From Omnitrophica WOR_2 bacterium GWF2_43_52 (GTDB taxonomy: Bacteria > Omnitrophota > Gorgyraeia > Gygaellales > UBA12090), in NCBI GenBank assembly GCA_001805445.1, contig MHGF01000028.1:73651-137650 (forward strand): a stretch of 64,000 bases of DNA. The letters run 5' to 3'. Numbering within the stretch: the first letter of the stretch is position 1; each line of letters starts with the position of its first letter. The translations under genes and the position numbers were made by a program. Below are positions 55,892 to 64,000 of the stretch, one piece after another. Below the pieces are notes generated by a model that was not told the origin of the DNA, searched no databases, and saw only the letters and a list, made by a program, of their open reading frames with translations.

Positions 55892-55924
55892 CGCGTTTCT
55901 CCTTGTATACTATGTGTCATTAAC

Positions 55925-56075
55925 CATGTCACATGCGGGAATTAGGTAATCGGGAAATTAGGATCTGGTTATTTGGATATCCGGATATTGGGAAGAAAAT
56001 ATCAGTTTTTCTCCAAATCCCCAAATCTCCCAGTCCCCTAATCCAAATTTCCTAATAACCCAATATCCCTGCCTG
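55925..56075. repeat. Large dyad element copy 3 (GGGAATTAGG/GGATATTGGG units), with extra GC hairpin before CGCTTTTAACAT
   Basis: Seen directly between pfkB-family gene and osmC. Confidence 0.7.
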
Positions 56076-56142
56076 CGGCTCGCCTCACGGCGAAGCCGTG
56101 GGCAGGCAGGCGCTTTTAACATATTAGCCCTGTCTCTCTTAC

Positions 56143-56535
56143 CTATAAACTGACATTGACTGTTGGCGCCTGCGTAAGCGTGTTATGCACCGGGCAATTC
56201 TTCACAAATTCTAAAAGCGCCTCTTTTCTTCTGGAGTCTATATCCGCGCCTTTCAATTCAATTATAACATCAATCGTTTTCAAATAACGCGGGGATTCCT
56301 TACAAATATCCGACTTTACGTTGATAGAAAAATTATCAAACTTTATCTTCGCGCCGCGTAAGTACCGCTCCAAATATACGGCAAGGCAGCTGCCAAGAGA
56401 TGCTAAAAACAGCGCCGGCGGCGTTATCCCATCTATCGAACCGTCTGGCTTGGGAAAATCAACAGCCACTTCGTAACCAAGGGAGGTGACTTTATATTTT
56501 GAACTGCTTTGATAACCTACAGCTACTTCATACAT
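56143..56535 (-). CDS. osmC: OsmC/Ohr family peroxiredoxin-like protein
   Basis: 130 aa, paired Cys (LGSC...NCPV). Confidence 0.8.
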   Translation of the reverse strand: MYEVAVGYQSSSKYKVTSLGYEVAVDFPKPDGSIDGITPPALFLASLGSCLAVYLERYLRGAKIKFDNFSINVKSDICKESPRYLKTIDVIIELKGADIDSRRKEALLEFVKNCPVHNTLTQAPTVNVSL

Positions 56536-56577
56536 ATAATTATTCAGTTAATATCAATTAACAATCAATCATTTAGC

Positions 56578-56695
56578 GTCTATGGTCTCAGCCGTAAGCT
56601 GATCCGCCTGAGGCGGAGATGGTCAATAGTCAATGGGCAGTAAGGGGAAAACTATGGGCTATCGACCATAGGCTATAGACTATCGACCCTTACTT
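56578..56695. repeat. Palindromic repeat (GATAGTC/ATGGTC family) with internal CCGCCTGAGGCGG hairpin
   Basis: Seen directly. Confidence 0.65.
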
Positions 56696-57308
56696 ATCTT
56701 TTCTTATCTAAAAACTCCCGCATATCTTCTGGCAATTCAGCCTGGAAGCTCATCCGCTTGCCGCTTACCGGATGGGTAAATTCAATATCCGAAGCGTGCA
56801 AGGCAACCCTTCTAAACTTTATATTAAAATCCCTGGCAAAGGCAAAACGCCTTTCCCCTACCAAAGGATGGCCTATCTGCTTAAAATGTATGCGTATTTG
56901 ATTAGTCCTGCCGGTAACCGGAATAACCTCTACGACTGAAAAATCTTTCCTGAATTCTAATACTTTATATTTAGTTAACGCTTGTTTAGCCGCTTCACAG
57001 GGATTATCTCTGACCTTTTTGTCTATCACCGCGTTCTTGTGAGGCAATCTGCCGTGCGCGAAGGCAATATAACGCTTCTTTACCGTATGTTTCCTAAACT
57101 CATCCATCAAAATTTTTTGGATTTCGCTTGTTTTGGCAAAAAGGATGACTCCCGAGGTTTCCCGGTCAAGCCTATGCGCCGGATACGCGCCGAGCAAGGA
57201 ACTAAGGGTATATTTCTCTTTTTTGGGAGTAGCCACTGTGAGCAAGCCCGAAGGCTTATCCACCACCACAATAGCTTCATCCTCAAAAAGTATTTTATAC
57301 TTACTCAC
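56694..57308 (-). CDS. RluA-family pseudouridine synthase
   Basis: HRLDRETSGVILFAK catalytic motif. Confidence 0.8.
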   Translation of the reverse strand: MSKYKILFEDEAIVVVDKPSGLLTVATPKKEKYTLSSLLGAYPAHRLDRETSGVILFAKTSEIQKILMDEFRKHTVKKRYIAFAHGRLPHKNAVIDKKVRDNPCEAAKQALTKYKVLEFRKDFSVVEVIPVTGRTNQIRIHFKQIGHPLVGERRFAFARDFNIKFRRVALHASDIEFTHPVSGKRMSFQAELPEDMREFLDKKR

Positions 57309-57388
57309 GTTGAAGCATTATAACATCAAAAAGTTTACTTTGCATATAAATTCTGGAGAGAATATTTGGGAAATATAAAGAAAAGCGG

Positions 57389-58138
57389 TTAAGCACAGCC
57401 ATGCCCCGCGCACCGGCTATGTTCCTCTTTGAGGCGCTCGTGGAGGGTTTTTTCTAAGGCAAGAGACTGATTAAGGGTATCAATATGGCGCTCCAGGTCT
57501 TCGTACTGCTCCTTGAGCCCCTGATACATTTCTTGAGTAGAGTGAAGTTCCGCGGTGAGTTTTTCAGCACTTTCCTTGGCGCTTTGCGCTTCATGGCGGG
57601 ATTTCTCTTTCTCTGATATTTCTTTTTTACACGTTTCTTCAGAAATTGCTAAATCCTGTTTAAGCTTATTTACCAGGCAAATCTCTTTTTCTTTGGTATC
57701 AAGCTGGATTTTCAGCGTCCCGGCCTGGCCTTGTACGTTACGTAACTCAAGCAGGAGCTTCTCCTTAGCGTCAATTTCATTGCGAAGAGCCTCTTCTTTC
57801 TGGCGCAATTCCGCTTCCTTGCTGCTAAGCTCTTCTTCTTTTATTTTAGCCAGTGATTCTATCTGATGTGCCTGGGCATCAAGTTGCAGCTTAAGGCTAT
57901 CAATTGACTTTAAAAGCCCGTTATTTTTGGCTTCGTATTCCGTAGACTGCTTCTGCCAGGATTGGGTAAGCCGCCGTTTCTCATCTTCTTCTTGCCGCGA
58001 CTGTTTTGCCGCCTGCTTGCTGAAAACAAAAATCACTAAAATTGAAACACCGATAAGGCTCCCTAAGAAAGCCTTAAAGATTACAGGCTGAAAAAGTATT
58101 TCGCTGATTTGTAAAATCATTGATAGAACCGCGTCCAT
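57389..58138 (-). CDS. Membrane-anchored coiled-coil protein
   Basis: TM helix then long heptad region. Confidence 0.5.
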   Translation of the reverse strand: MDAVLSMILQISEILFQPVIFKAFLGSLIGVSILVIFVFSKQAAKQSRQEEDEKRRLTQSWQKQSTEYEAKNNGLLKSIDSLKLQLDAQAHQIESLAKIKEEELSSKEAELRQKEEALRNEIDAKEKLLLELRNVQGQAGTLKIQLDTKEKEICLVNKLKQDLAISEETCKKEISEKEKSRHEAQSAKESAEKLTAELHSTQEMYQGLKEQYEDLERHIDTLNQSLALEKTLHERLKEEHSRCAGHGCA

Positions 58139-58200
58139 AAGAAGAAAAAAATCAGCCCTTCCCGCAGAGTGTATCTCTTTTTAGAAAGGGCTGATAATTA

Positions 58201-58881
58201 TTATTTCTTTGCTTTTAGCTTATTCAAGAATTCCTGTGTAAGCTTTGCCGCGATATCCCTGCAGCCAAGCCCAAAAGCTAAAGCAAATGCTAAACCCACA
58301 GAACCCAAAATAATCACAAAGGCATGCTCTATGCCACCTATATCAATCTGTAACTGCCTCAAAGAAATATCTATGGCAAAAACCACAATAATAGCTTGTG
58401 CCAGATGCCCAAAAAGAGTAGATTGCTCTATCCCCGTATTAGCCGCGGCAGTCTGCACGCTAGAATTAACAAATGAAGCAAAAAATAACCCTAAGACAAG
58501 AATAAAAATAGCTGAGATAACCCTCGGGATGTAAAGGACAATGGTATTAAGTAATCCTGCTGCCTGCTGGTTTAAATTAACCGCGCTCATCGCGATGACC
58601 AAGGAAATAAGCATAACCACCCAATACGTTAAAACCCCAATCAACTCTGAGATACTGTATTTGATCCCGCCTTTGGCAAGAATTTTATCAACACCCACTC
58701 TTTCCGCGTAGGAATCAATCTGCAGGATATCCAAGATACGGATGATTAAATTCTTTATAACTTTCGCGATAATCCAACCCACAAGCAAAACAAGAATTAC
58801 CGCCCCTAGCGCAGACACAAAATTACCTACTTGCGTAAGCATGTTTTTTACAGGGTCTAGAAATAATTCCTCTATCATCAT
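58201..58881 (-). CDS. Small membrane protein with repeated conserved TM-helix modules (MscS-associated TM_helix type)
   Basis: Internal repeats of ~50 aa hydrophobic modules. Confidence 0.5.
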   Translation of the reverse strand: MMIEELFLDPVKNMLTQVGNFVSALGAVILVLLVGWIIAKVIKNLIIRILDILQIDSYAERVGVDKILAKGGIKYSISELIGVLTYWVVMLISLVIAMSAVNLNQQAAGLLNTIVLYIPRVISAIFILVLGLFFASFVNSSVQTAAANTGIEQSTLFGHLAQAIIVVFAIDISLRQLQIDIGGIEHAFVIILGSVGLAFALAFGLGCRDIAAKLTQEFLNKLKAKK

Positions 58882-59079
58882 CCACCTCCCGTGAATCCTG
58901 ACACAAGGTCAGGGTGCCTTGGGTTTTATGTTTTGCCTTATTTCGCAAAACACATTCATTAGCTTTAACTTTAACAGAATAAATATGTTATGTCAATATA
59001 AAATTACGAAGGGTATGAAGTGAATTTTACCCGAAAGCCCCAAGATAGAAGTACTTACCATCTGAAGCCTCCCCTTCTA

Positions 59080-59895
59080 TCAGGGTAAATCAAATCTCAT
59101 TCCATCATAAGCAGCAATCACCTCTGTATGCAATTCATTCGATAATTCTTGCGCTAACACATGCGGCTTATGGGCAAGCATAGTCATTCCGAAATGAGTC
59201 AAAATCGCGGCCTCTGGCTTAATCTTTTTGATAATTTCCTTCGCGTCTATGAAGCTTAAATGCTCAACTCCCGGGCGCTCCTCATAGAAAACCACATTGA
59301 TAATCACGATGTCCGCCTTGTAAATATCTTCTATGCCCGCGAAATATTTCGTGTCGGTTATCAAAGAAACTGTTTTTTTAAAGTCAAATCGTAAACCGTA
59401 GGTTGCCACCGGATGCTTTTGACGGGAAGGCGCGCTAAAGGCAATCTCTCCAACAGTATACGTTTTCTTTTCATCCAGAATTTCAATTCTTTCTACCACC
59501 GGGCGTAAATGCCTTAATATTACCGGCTCATCTTCCATCGCGTCCGCTGGCAGAAAGACCACCCCTCTCTTTTTAAAACCGCCTTCGGTCATTGCCTCAA
59601 TCATCACATTCACGTCGTTAGAATGGTCGAGGTGGCGGTGGGTAAGGATAATGCCGTCTAACTGGGTGGGATCCATCTTTGGCCTACTCAGCGCGCAACG
59701 CGCGATGCTCCCCGGGCCAGGGTCAATAATCACATTCGTCCCTTTATAAGAAACCCAGATACCCCCTGAGGAACGCAACTGCTTAATCATCACAAACCGC
59801 GCCCCCGCCGTCCCCAGGAATTTAATATAATTTCCCTTTTCTTTAGTGGCGGCCTTGTGACGTGGTGACCTTGTGACTTTTTTTATTTCAGCCAT
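59080..59895 (-). CDS. MBL-fold metallo-hydrolase
   Basis: HRHLDHSND zinc motif. Confidence 0.75.
   Translation of the reverse strand: MAEIKKVTRSPRHKAATKEKGNYIKFLGTAGARFVMIKQLRSSGGIWVSYKGTNVIIDPGPGSIARCALSRPKMDPTQLDGIILTHRHLDHSNDVNVMIEAMTEGGFKKRGVVFLPADAMEDEPVILRHLRPVVERIEILDEKKTYTVGEIAFSAPSRQKHPVATYGLRFDFKKTVSLITDTKYFAGIEDIYKADIVIINVVFYEERPGVEHLSFIDAKEIIKKIKPEAAILTHFGMTMLAHKPHVLAQELSNELHTEVIAAYDGMRFDLP
59854..59877. repeat. Octamer tandem repeat CTTGTGAC/GTGGTGAC x3 at the 5' end of the MBL gene (encodes KVTRSPRH)
   Basis: Seen directly. Confidence 0.75.
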
Positions 59896-60356
59896 ATTTT
59901 TTTCATTTCCTCGGTAATCTTCGCGGCGTCACAAGGATGCAGGAGAATCTTATCATCAAGGGTTTTCTTTGTTTTCGGCGGATTAAATTTCTCCATAAAT
60001 ACTTCTACGGTTTTTACCTGCGCGTTATGCTGTTGGGCAAAAAACTGAATGTCTTTGTCGTTGGTTACCACTACCATAGCCTTGGGATTTTCGGCATTTC
60101 TTACTAAATGTTTAATCGCCTCATCAGCGCTTTGGCCTTGGGTAAAAATAATCGAAAGAGAGGTACTCCCCTGGCGATAAAACATCCCCTCCTTACCGTC
60201 AAAAACAACGGTAACCCTATTACTGTGGCTCCCTTGAGGCCTAGAAACGGAAAGAAAACTCATGAGCGCCTCACGAGAATCTTCCAAACTCGCTTTATTA
60301 AACAGGCGAGTTTGTTTGATGAGATTGTAGCCGTCTATAACGAAGTGTAGAGACAT
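59883..60356 (-). CDS. NYN/YacP-like PIN-domain RNA-binding protein
   Basis: HFVIDGYNL...TVVFDG NYN core. Confidence 0.7.
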   Translation of the reverse strand: MSLHFVIDGYNLIKQTRLFNKASLEDSREALMSFLSVSRPQGSHSNRVTVVFDGKEGMFYRQGSTSLSIIFTQGQSADEAIKHLVRNAENPKAMVVVTNDKDIQFFAQQHNAQVKTVEVFMEKFNPPKTKKTLDDKILLHPCDAAKITEEMKKIWLK

Positions 60357-61266
60357 AGATTATGCCTCCAATAAGGCCAAATACCAGGATAATCGTGAAG
60401 TTGAGAATTGACTGGGCAAGGGCTATATCTTTCGGAACGCCTGCCTTGGCATAAAAGAACACGGTTGCCGCGTCCCGTAAGCCGAGCCCTCCCAGAGAAA
60501 TAGGTAAGCTGGTAATCACGGTTATCACCGGATTAAAAATCAGAGGATATACCATATTGATGTTAACCTTTAAAGAACGTAAGATAAAATAAGACGATAC
60601 CGATGCCCCTGCCTGAATAATGATTGAATAGAATATGTTAAGGCAAACCACTGCCGGCTTTGAGCGAAAAAAATATACCTCCGCGTGCAATTTTCGGATT
60701 ACATCAAATATGCCTTTTTTCGCGTGTAATAAGCGGTTAAGCCAACGATAAATTGCGTTGTTAAATATTACTAACAATACCGCTATCAAAATCCCGGCAA
60801 AAAGAAGGAGTATCATAAGAACTGACGGCTCATTGACCAGCTTAAAACCAAAGAAAAGAGCGCTCAAGGCGACAATCACCAATCCTATGAAACCGCTGAG
60901 CCTGTCCAAGAGGACACTTGCCGCGATAAGGCTGCGGCGCTTTGTATGCAGGCCTAAATCAACGGTCCTTGCCAGGTCTCCCCCGATATTGGAGGGCAGG
61001 AATAAACTAAAGAATAACCCGCCCGCGTAGGAAACAAGGATCCGCTGTAACGGCAAGCTTACTTTCTGCGCGTCTAAGAGCATTTTCCAACGAAAGAGCA
61101 CAAATATATATAAGATAAAAAAGATTGCCATCGCGATAAAGAAATACACCACATCCAAGCGCGCGATAATCTTCAGGGAAGCGTTAAAATCAATTTTGCG
61201 AAAAAGGATATAAAGAAAAATCGCGCTTATGGCAATCCGCGCGCTAAAGGAAAGTATTTTTTTCAC
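60298..61266 (-). CDS. UPF0104 / lysylphosphatidylglycerol-synthase-TM-like flippase-type membrane protein
   Basis: 8 TM helices, FSLFLPSNIGGDLAR motif. Confidence 0.7.
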   Translation of the reverse strand: MKKILSFSARIAISAIFLYILFRKIDFNASLKIIARLDVVYFFIAMAIFFILYIFVLFRWKMLLDAQKVSLPLQRILVSYAGGLFFSLFLPSNIGGDLARTVDLGLHTKRRSLIAASVLLDRLSGFIGLVIVALSALFFGFKLVNEPSVLMILLLFAGILIAVLLVIFNNAIYRWLNRLLHAKKGIFDVIRKLHAEVYFFRSKPAVVCLNIFYSIIIQAGASVSSYFILRSLKVNINMVYPLIFNPVITVITSLPISLGGLGLRDAATVFFYAKAGVPKDIALAQSILNFTIILVFGLIGGIIYVSTLRYRRLQSHQTNSPV

Positions 61267-62153
61267 AGCTTATTCCCGGTAAGCCGCTGGTAAGCCTCAA
61301 GGTATTTTTCGGATGTTTTATCCACAATCTCCTGAGGAAGCGCGGGAGGGGGAGGATTTTTGTCCCAGCCTATTGACTCAAGATAATCACGCACAAACTG
61401 TTTGTCAAAACTCATCTGCCCCTGCCCACGACGGTAGGTATCCCCTGGCCAAAAGCGCGAAGAATCAGGGGTCAAAACTTCATCAATAAGAATAATTTCG
61501 TTTTGGAAAATGCCAAATTCAAACTTGGTGTCGGCGATAATGATGCCTTGGGTTAACGCGTGCTCGGCCGCCTTTTTATATACGGCGAGAGCTTTTTCCT
61601 TTACCTCTTGAAAAATATTGTCACCAACGATTTTCTTTGCCTCTTCCTCATTGATATTGATATCGTGGCCCTCCTCCGCCTTAGTTGAAGGCGTGAAAAT
61701 GGCTTGAGGAAGCCTTTCAGATTCTTTAAGCCCTACAGGCAGGGAAAAGCCGCAGGCAGTGCCTTTGGTTTGATACTCTTTCCATGCCGAGCCTGAGATA
61801 TAGCCTCGGACAATACACTCTATTGCCAAGGGCTTGGTTTTTTTCACTATCATTGAACGCTTCTCTAAAGAATCCCTATACTTCATTAATTCCTTGGGGT
61901 ATTCATCTATAGCCGCAGTAAGTAAATGATTCTTGACGATATCCTTGGTAAAATTAAACCAAAACCAAGACATCTGATTTAAGACAATGCCTTTATAAGG
62001 AATCGGCGTAGGGAGCACTACATCAAAGCAGGAAATCCTGTCCGTAGCCACGATCAAGAGGCTATCCCCCAAATCATAAACATCCCTCACCTTGCCCCGG
62101 CGGAATAATTTCAAATCCTTAAACTCTGTTTTTAATAAAGTATTATCTCTCAT
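61263..62153 (-). CDS. purC: Phosphoribosylaminoimidazole-succinocarboxamide synthase
   Basis: RGKVRDVYD...IVATDRISCFD. Confidence 0.95.
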   Translation of the reverse strand: MRDNTLLKTEFKDLKLFRRGKVRDVYDLGDSLLIVATDRISCFDVVLPTPIPYKGIVLNQMSWFWFNFTKDIVKNHLLTAAIDEYPKELMKYRDSLEKRSMIVKKTKPLAIECIVRGYISGSAWKEYQTKGTACGFSLPVGLKESERLPQAIFTPSTKAEEGHDININEEEAKKIVGDNIFQEVKEKALAVYKKAAEHALTQGIIIADTKFEFGIFQNEIILIDEVLTPDSSRFWPGDTYRRGQGQMSFDKQFVRDYLESIGWDKNPPPPALPQEIVDKTSEKYLEAYQRLTGNKL

Positions 62154-62220
62154 CTTCTGAATTAGGGACAGACACTAATTATCCGCGCACAACTCTTGAA
62201 CTAATAATTAGTGTCTGTCC

Positions 62221-64000
62221 CTAATTCCTTAATCTTTCTTCGAGCGACTCATACTCCTGCCATAACTCTGGAGGCAAGTCCTTCTTAAACTGCCCGAAGA
62301 ATTCTTTTATGCCTTTTAACTCCTCAAGCCACTCTTTTTTATTAATCGCGAGAAGTTTCTCTAAAGCCAAAGGCGCAAGAGGCAATCCCATCATATCAAT
62401 ATCCGCCACTCGCGGAATAAACCCAATAGGCGCTCTTACCGCGTCCATCTTATTATTGCAGCGATCAAGTATCCACTCTAAGACTCTTAAGTTCTCACCG
62501 TAGCCCGGCCATAAGAATTCTCCCTTTTCATCGGTCCTAAACCAGTTCACGTGAAATATCTTTGGTGGATGAATCATACGTTTCCCCATTGAAAGCCAAT
62601 GCGCGAAATACTCCGCCATATTATAACCGCAAAAAGGAAGCATTGCCATAGGGTCGCGCCTGACCTGCCCGACCTTGCCTGCTTGTGCCGCGGTGGTTTC
62701 CGAGGCCATAGCCGCTCCCACAAACACCCCATGCTGCCAATTAAATGACTCATACACCAAAGGAGCCAAATGCGCCCTGCGGCCGCCGAATACAATCGCG
62801 GAAATAGGCACACCGTGATGCTGTTCAAGGCGAAATGAAGCCGACGGACAATTCATAATCGGCGTAGTGAACCTACTATTTGGATGAGCGCCTCTTATAA
62901 TGTTTCTATCACCATCTAACATCCCCGGTTTCCAAAGCCTGCCCTGCCAATCGACACCCTCAGCGGGGACATCCCCATCCGCTCCTTCCCACCAGACTGT
63001 TTTATCATGCTTCAGAAGCACATTGGTGTATATAGTATTCTTTTGAATAGTCTTTACCATCGTGGGGTTAGTCTTTGAATTTGTCCCCGGGGCAACCCCG
63101 AAAAATCCCGCCTCAGGGTTAATTGCCCACAGCGCGCCGTCTGAGTCAATGCGCATCCATGCAATATCATCACCCACAGTCCAGATTCTATAGCCTTTTC
63201 GCTTAAGCCCTTCAGGAGGAATAAGCATGGCCAAGTTAGTCTTACCGCAGGCGCTGGGAAATGCCGCGGCAATATACTTAATATGGCCGTCAGGCTCTTC
63301 AATCCCCATAATCAGCATATGCTCAGCCAGCCATTCTTCGCGTTTGCCCAAATAGCTTGCGATACGCAGCGACAAACATTTCTTCCCTAACAATACATTC
63401 CCGCCATAGCCTGAGCCCACGCTCCAGATCGCATTATCTTCTGGAAAATGTAAAATCAGCCTTTTATTTATATCTAATTCTGCCTTTGAGTGTAAACACT
63501 TGGTAAAATCACCGTCTTTACCTAAGTGCTTCAACACTGACTCGCCGACTCTTGTCATAATGAGCATATTCAAGACTACATAAATTGAATCGGTTAATTC
63601 CACGCCAATCTTGCTAAACGGAGAGCCTACAGGGCCCATAGAAAAAGGAATCACATACATTACCCTGCCCTTCATCGCGCCCTTAAAAATACTTTCCGCC
63701 TTTTTATATGCCTCGACAGGCGGCATCCAGTTATTGGTAGGGCCGGCATCGCGCTTTTGGCTTGTGCAGATAAACGTAAGATGTTCGGTGCGGGCGACAT
63801 CGTCCTTTGCCGAGCGATGATAGAAACAACCGGGGAGCTTTTCCTGATTCAGCTGGAGGATTTCACCCGTAGTCAAAGCTTCCTTCTCCAAAATCTTTTT
63901 CTGGTGCTCTGAGCCGTCAATCCAGGCAATACTGTCGGGTTTACACAGTGCTGCCATCTGTTTAACCCAGCTGATTAATTTTTTATGAGTAGTAGGATAT
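62221..64000 (-). CDS. pckG: GTP-dependent phosphoenolpyruvate carboxykinase, N-terminus cut by window edge
   Basis: PEPCK-GTP kinase motifs; frame stays open upstream of the M at 63957 (…LISWVKQMAALCKPD matches PEPCK N-terminus). Confidence 0.9.
   Translation of the reverse strand, partial: YPTTHKKLISWVKQMAALCKPDSIAWIDGSEHQKKILEKEALTTGEILQLNQEKLPGCFYHRSAKDDVARTEHLTFICTSQKRDAGPTNNWMPPVEAYKKAESIFKGAMKGRVMYVIPFSMGPVGSPFSKIGVELTDSIYVVLNMLIMTRVGESVLKHLGKDGDFTKCLHSKAELDINKRLILHFPEDNAIWSVGSGYGGNVLLGKKCLSLRIASYLGKREEWLAEHMLIMGIEEPDGHIKYIAAAFPSACGKTNLAMLIPPEGLKRKGYRIWTVGDDIAWMRIDSDGALWAINPEAGFFGVAPGTNSKTNPTMVKTIQKNTIYTNVLLKHDKTVWWEGADGDVPAEGVDWQGRLWKPGMLDGDRNIIRGAHPNSRFTTPIMNCPSASFRLEQHHGVPISAIVFGGRRAHLAPLVYESFNWQHGVFVGAAMASETTAAQAGKVGQVRRDPMAMLPFCGYNMAEYFAHWLSMGKRMIHPPKIFHVNWFRTDEKGEFLWPGYGENLRVLEWILDRCNNKMDAVRAPIGFIPRVADIDMMGLPLAPLALEKLLAINKKEWLEELKGIKEFFGQFKKDLPPELWQEYESLEERLRN

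Noticed and set aside
5521-59877. CRISPR array as explanation for the short tandem repeats
   Set aside because: Units are 7-8 nt with no spacers, arrays are 24-48 nt, and several are inside intact ORFs.

Overview
This is a 64 kb bacterial chromosomal segment, roughly 45% GC, with almost all genes on the minus strand. The phylum cannot be determined from the sequence alone. The gene content suggests an anaerobic bacterium with a nickel-dependent Wood-Ljungdahl-type corrinoid module.

Recognisable housekeeping genes cover most of the window:
- ligT/thpR, nnrD, acpS, pdxJ, cdaA, folP, ftsH, tilS, mgtC, tsaD and ctpA, in coordinate order.
- gatCAB.
- plsY, pgsA, lepB, lepA and cmk.
- An aromatic amino-acid block: tyrA, aroF, hisC, pheA and aroA.
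- scpB, ruvA, ruvC, yebC, two pseudouridine synthases, an rRNA methyltransferase, a pfkB-family kinase, osmC, purC and an N-terminally cut pckG.

Accessory content:
- A corrinoid iron-sulfur protein module (acsC, RACo, cooC, acsD, acsE) next to an FmdE-like gene and an orphan larB.
- A four-gene cluster of secreted proteins resembling a divergent chaperone/usher-like surface-fibre system: spore-coat-U/Csu-like pilins, a PapD-like chaperone candidate, and a 971-aa outer-membrane protein.
- A 1500-aa secreted protein with an embedded, degenerate triosephosphate-isomerase-like barrel.
- A bactofilin fused to an excisionase-type HTH, paired with a membrane-anchored HTH protein.

RNA and non-coding features:
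- A tRNA-Thr and a tRNA-CAU.
- A roughly 300-nt tRNA-like locus that reads best as tRNA-Tyr(GUA) interrupted by a 214-nt group I intron.
- Several families of intergenic palindromic or tandem heptamer repeats.
- 8-nt tandem repeats embedded in frame inside at least five unrelated ORFs.
- A palindromic operator-like motif, TTCAACC-N5-GGTTGAA, shared by the acsC promoter and the giant-protein promoter.
- A roughly 150-nt conserved element present twice.
- A promoter-leader-terminator unit that may be a riboswitch or small RNA.
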